Positions 62,243 to 64,000 of a stretch of DNA of 64,000 nucleotides are shown one piece after another. The notes below the pieces were generated by a model. That model ran no database searches, had not been told where the DNA came from, and saw only the letters and a program-made list of their open reading frames with translations. The translations under genes and the position numbers were made by a program. The stretch covers positions 6,386,001 to 6,450,000 of the forward strand of contig NC_087248.1 in the NCBI RefSeq assembly GCF_037042905.1, read 5' to 3'. The DNA is from Lytechinus pictus (taxonomy: Eukaryota). Numbering within the stretch: the first letter of the stretch is position 1; every line of letters begins with the position of its first letter.

Positions 62243-64000
62243 TGAAGCAAGATTCTTGTTTAGCACAGACTTTGGTAGGGTACCCTGAAGGGATCTTTCA
62301 TTGCAATATTCAACATCACAAACAAATCAATCTACAATTACTGGACATGTCTGTGACCGACATTCATAAGGAAATTGTAGGTGTACAGAAATATATATGT
62401 TCACCAAAGAGAAAGCTGTTTTAAAGTTAGTTAAGTCTGATAAGATCTGCTCAGAAAATCTATTTTATGCTGATACATTTGGGGGTTGGAAATGCGAAGG
62501 AATATGCTTGTGTAAATTCTATGCATTTAGGGTAAGCGCTCGTTATACAGAATGTTTTCTAATTACTGGTATTATGTTAAAAGAAAGGAAGCATTGAGGA
62601 TCGTGAAGAAATTAATGTTTAATGTGCTCTAAACTTTATTCTCCATATCCTCGCATATTCAAAAAGAAATGTTTATACTGAATAGTTTTAAAGACACAAA
62701 TGAACAGCAATTTTGGATTCACATAAAGCTCAATTATCCGAGACTTTTGTTTATATTCTATGGTAATAAATTATGACAAGCTGGTGTGTGTTTTGGGTTA
62801 TATTAACCTTTCTTTTGCTGCTACTAGAGAAAATATAAGATATAAATTTCTATTTCTTGATAGTGTACATTCCTATTTTTATAATGAAATATAATCAATT
62901 TACAAAAGCTAATTAATATAATACAGGAAATGTCTTCCATGTCAGTCTAACAAACTAACTAGTATAGATCTATGTTATTTTTAATATAATATTTTAACAA
63001 AAATTCTTGAGTGTCTGTAGTTGTATGTGATATCCTAATCATGTTTAAAAACAAAGTCAAAATATCGATACTTCCTCTTACTAATATATTTTACTATTTC
63101 ATAGTGAAAGAAATGATCGTAGAACTGAAATTGTTTTTTAAATATACAATTGTTTATTGATGTAGATTGTCTAGTCTTCCAATAATTATATGAATGATTC
63201 GATAACATTACTTTGGCGTTTTTTTTTATAACATAAGTGAAAAATGAATATATTTAGGAATGTGTGAATAAGTAACATGACACATGACAGTTATATTGGA
63301 CTATTCATGGTGAACATTCATTGCATGTTTATTTCCCATGTTTTGTTATGAATTTAAAACTTTATTGATTGAGATCAAATTGAGTTCAGTTTCATTTTAG
63401 ATAAATAATCTTCACATAATTGTTTCGCCATTCAAAAAATAAGTTTACTTCATAACTTTATAGAACAAAACATTAATATATATATATATATACAGTTCCA
63501 TATCCATTGATTTAAGGATTGTCAAAATGTCAAACATTTTGGTTCATATATATCTGACAAATATAATGGACAATATGGACAAAAACTTGTGTGAATCCTG
63601 ACTAACAATTCGGATAATTTTTACCATTGATTTTTCGGAGGATTAGGCATACGAAGCATCAAAATACCATTTTTTTAAACGAAAAATGCAATACATCATA
63701 AGTGATAAAACCCTATGATAATATATTAATATGCCCAATCTTTGTTCTTTTGGGTTTTTTTTGTTTAGAAAGTTTGTAAATTTCATAATGTTCTCTTGAA
63801 ATAATATGAATGAATTTATAACAGCAATCATTAGATTGTGGTTTTGTATTCATACTCCCACCAATCTCTAGAAGCACTTGTAGAACTAAAGAATCAAGTT
63901 AATACATTGTGTTGGATATCAATCTACTTGATAGTGATTTTGATATATATATTTGAAAGAATTTCGTGATAGCAAGCCTGTAATCCAGCTGAATTTTGTT

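Overview
Eukaryotic, AT-rich, intron-containing and repeat-dense DNA. It is probably from an echinoderm (sea urchin), inferred from the repeat types and not proven. Four host genes can be read directly. (1) The 5' part of an intronless Frizzled-9/10-like receptor (- strand, runs off the left edge and is missed by the ORF track). (2) TFIIE-alpha (GTF2E1; 2 coding exons, 434 aa). (3) COQ3 (6 coding exons, 332 aa). (4) A MATCAP/KIAA0895-family HExxxH tubulin carboxypeptidase (6 coding exons, ~651 aa) with an unusual long C-terminal tail. The ~37 kb between Frizzled and GTF2E1 is mostly nested mobile DNA: TTAA-flanked Kolobok-type MITEs, Helentron-associated HINE/Tsp-like elements, hAT MITEs, foldback elements, tRNA-derived SINEs and a decayed APE-RT LINE. 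The standout is an intact, intronless 1228-aa ORF (22778-26464, -). It encodes a divergent hAT-like DDE transposase (D465/D540/CxxH/E856) with a long N-terminal coiled coil and two C-terminal Spindlin (Spin/Ssty)-like Tudor repeats, making it a candidate chromatin-reading transposase or domesticated gene. There is one assembly gap (52652-52812). All calls come from reading the sequence by eye; no database searches were run.
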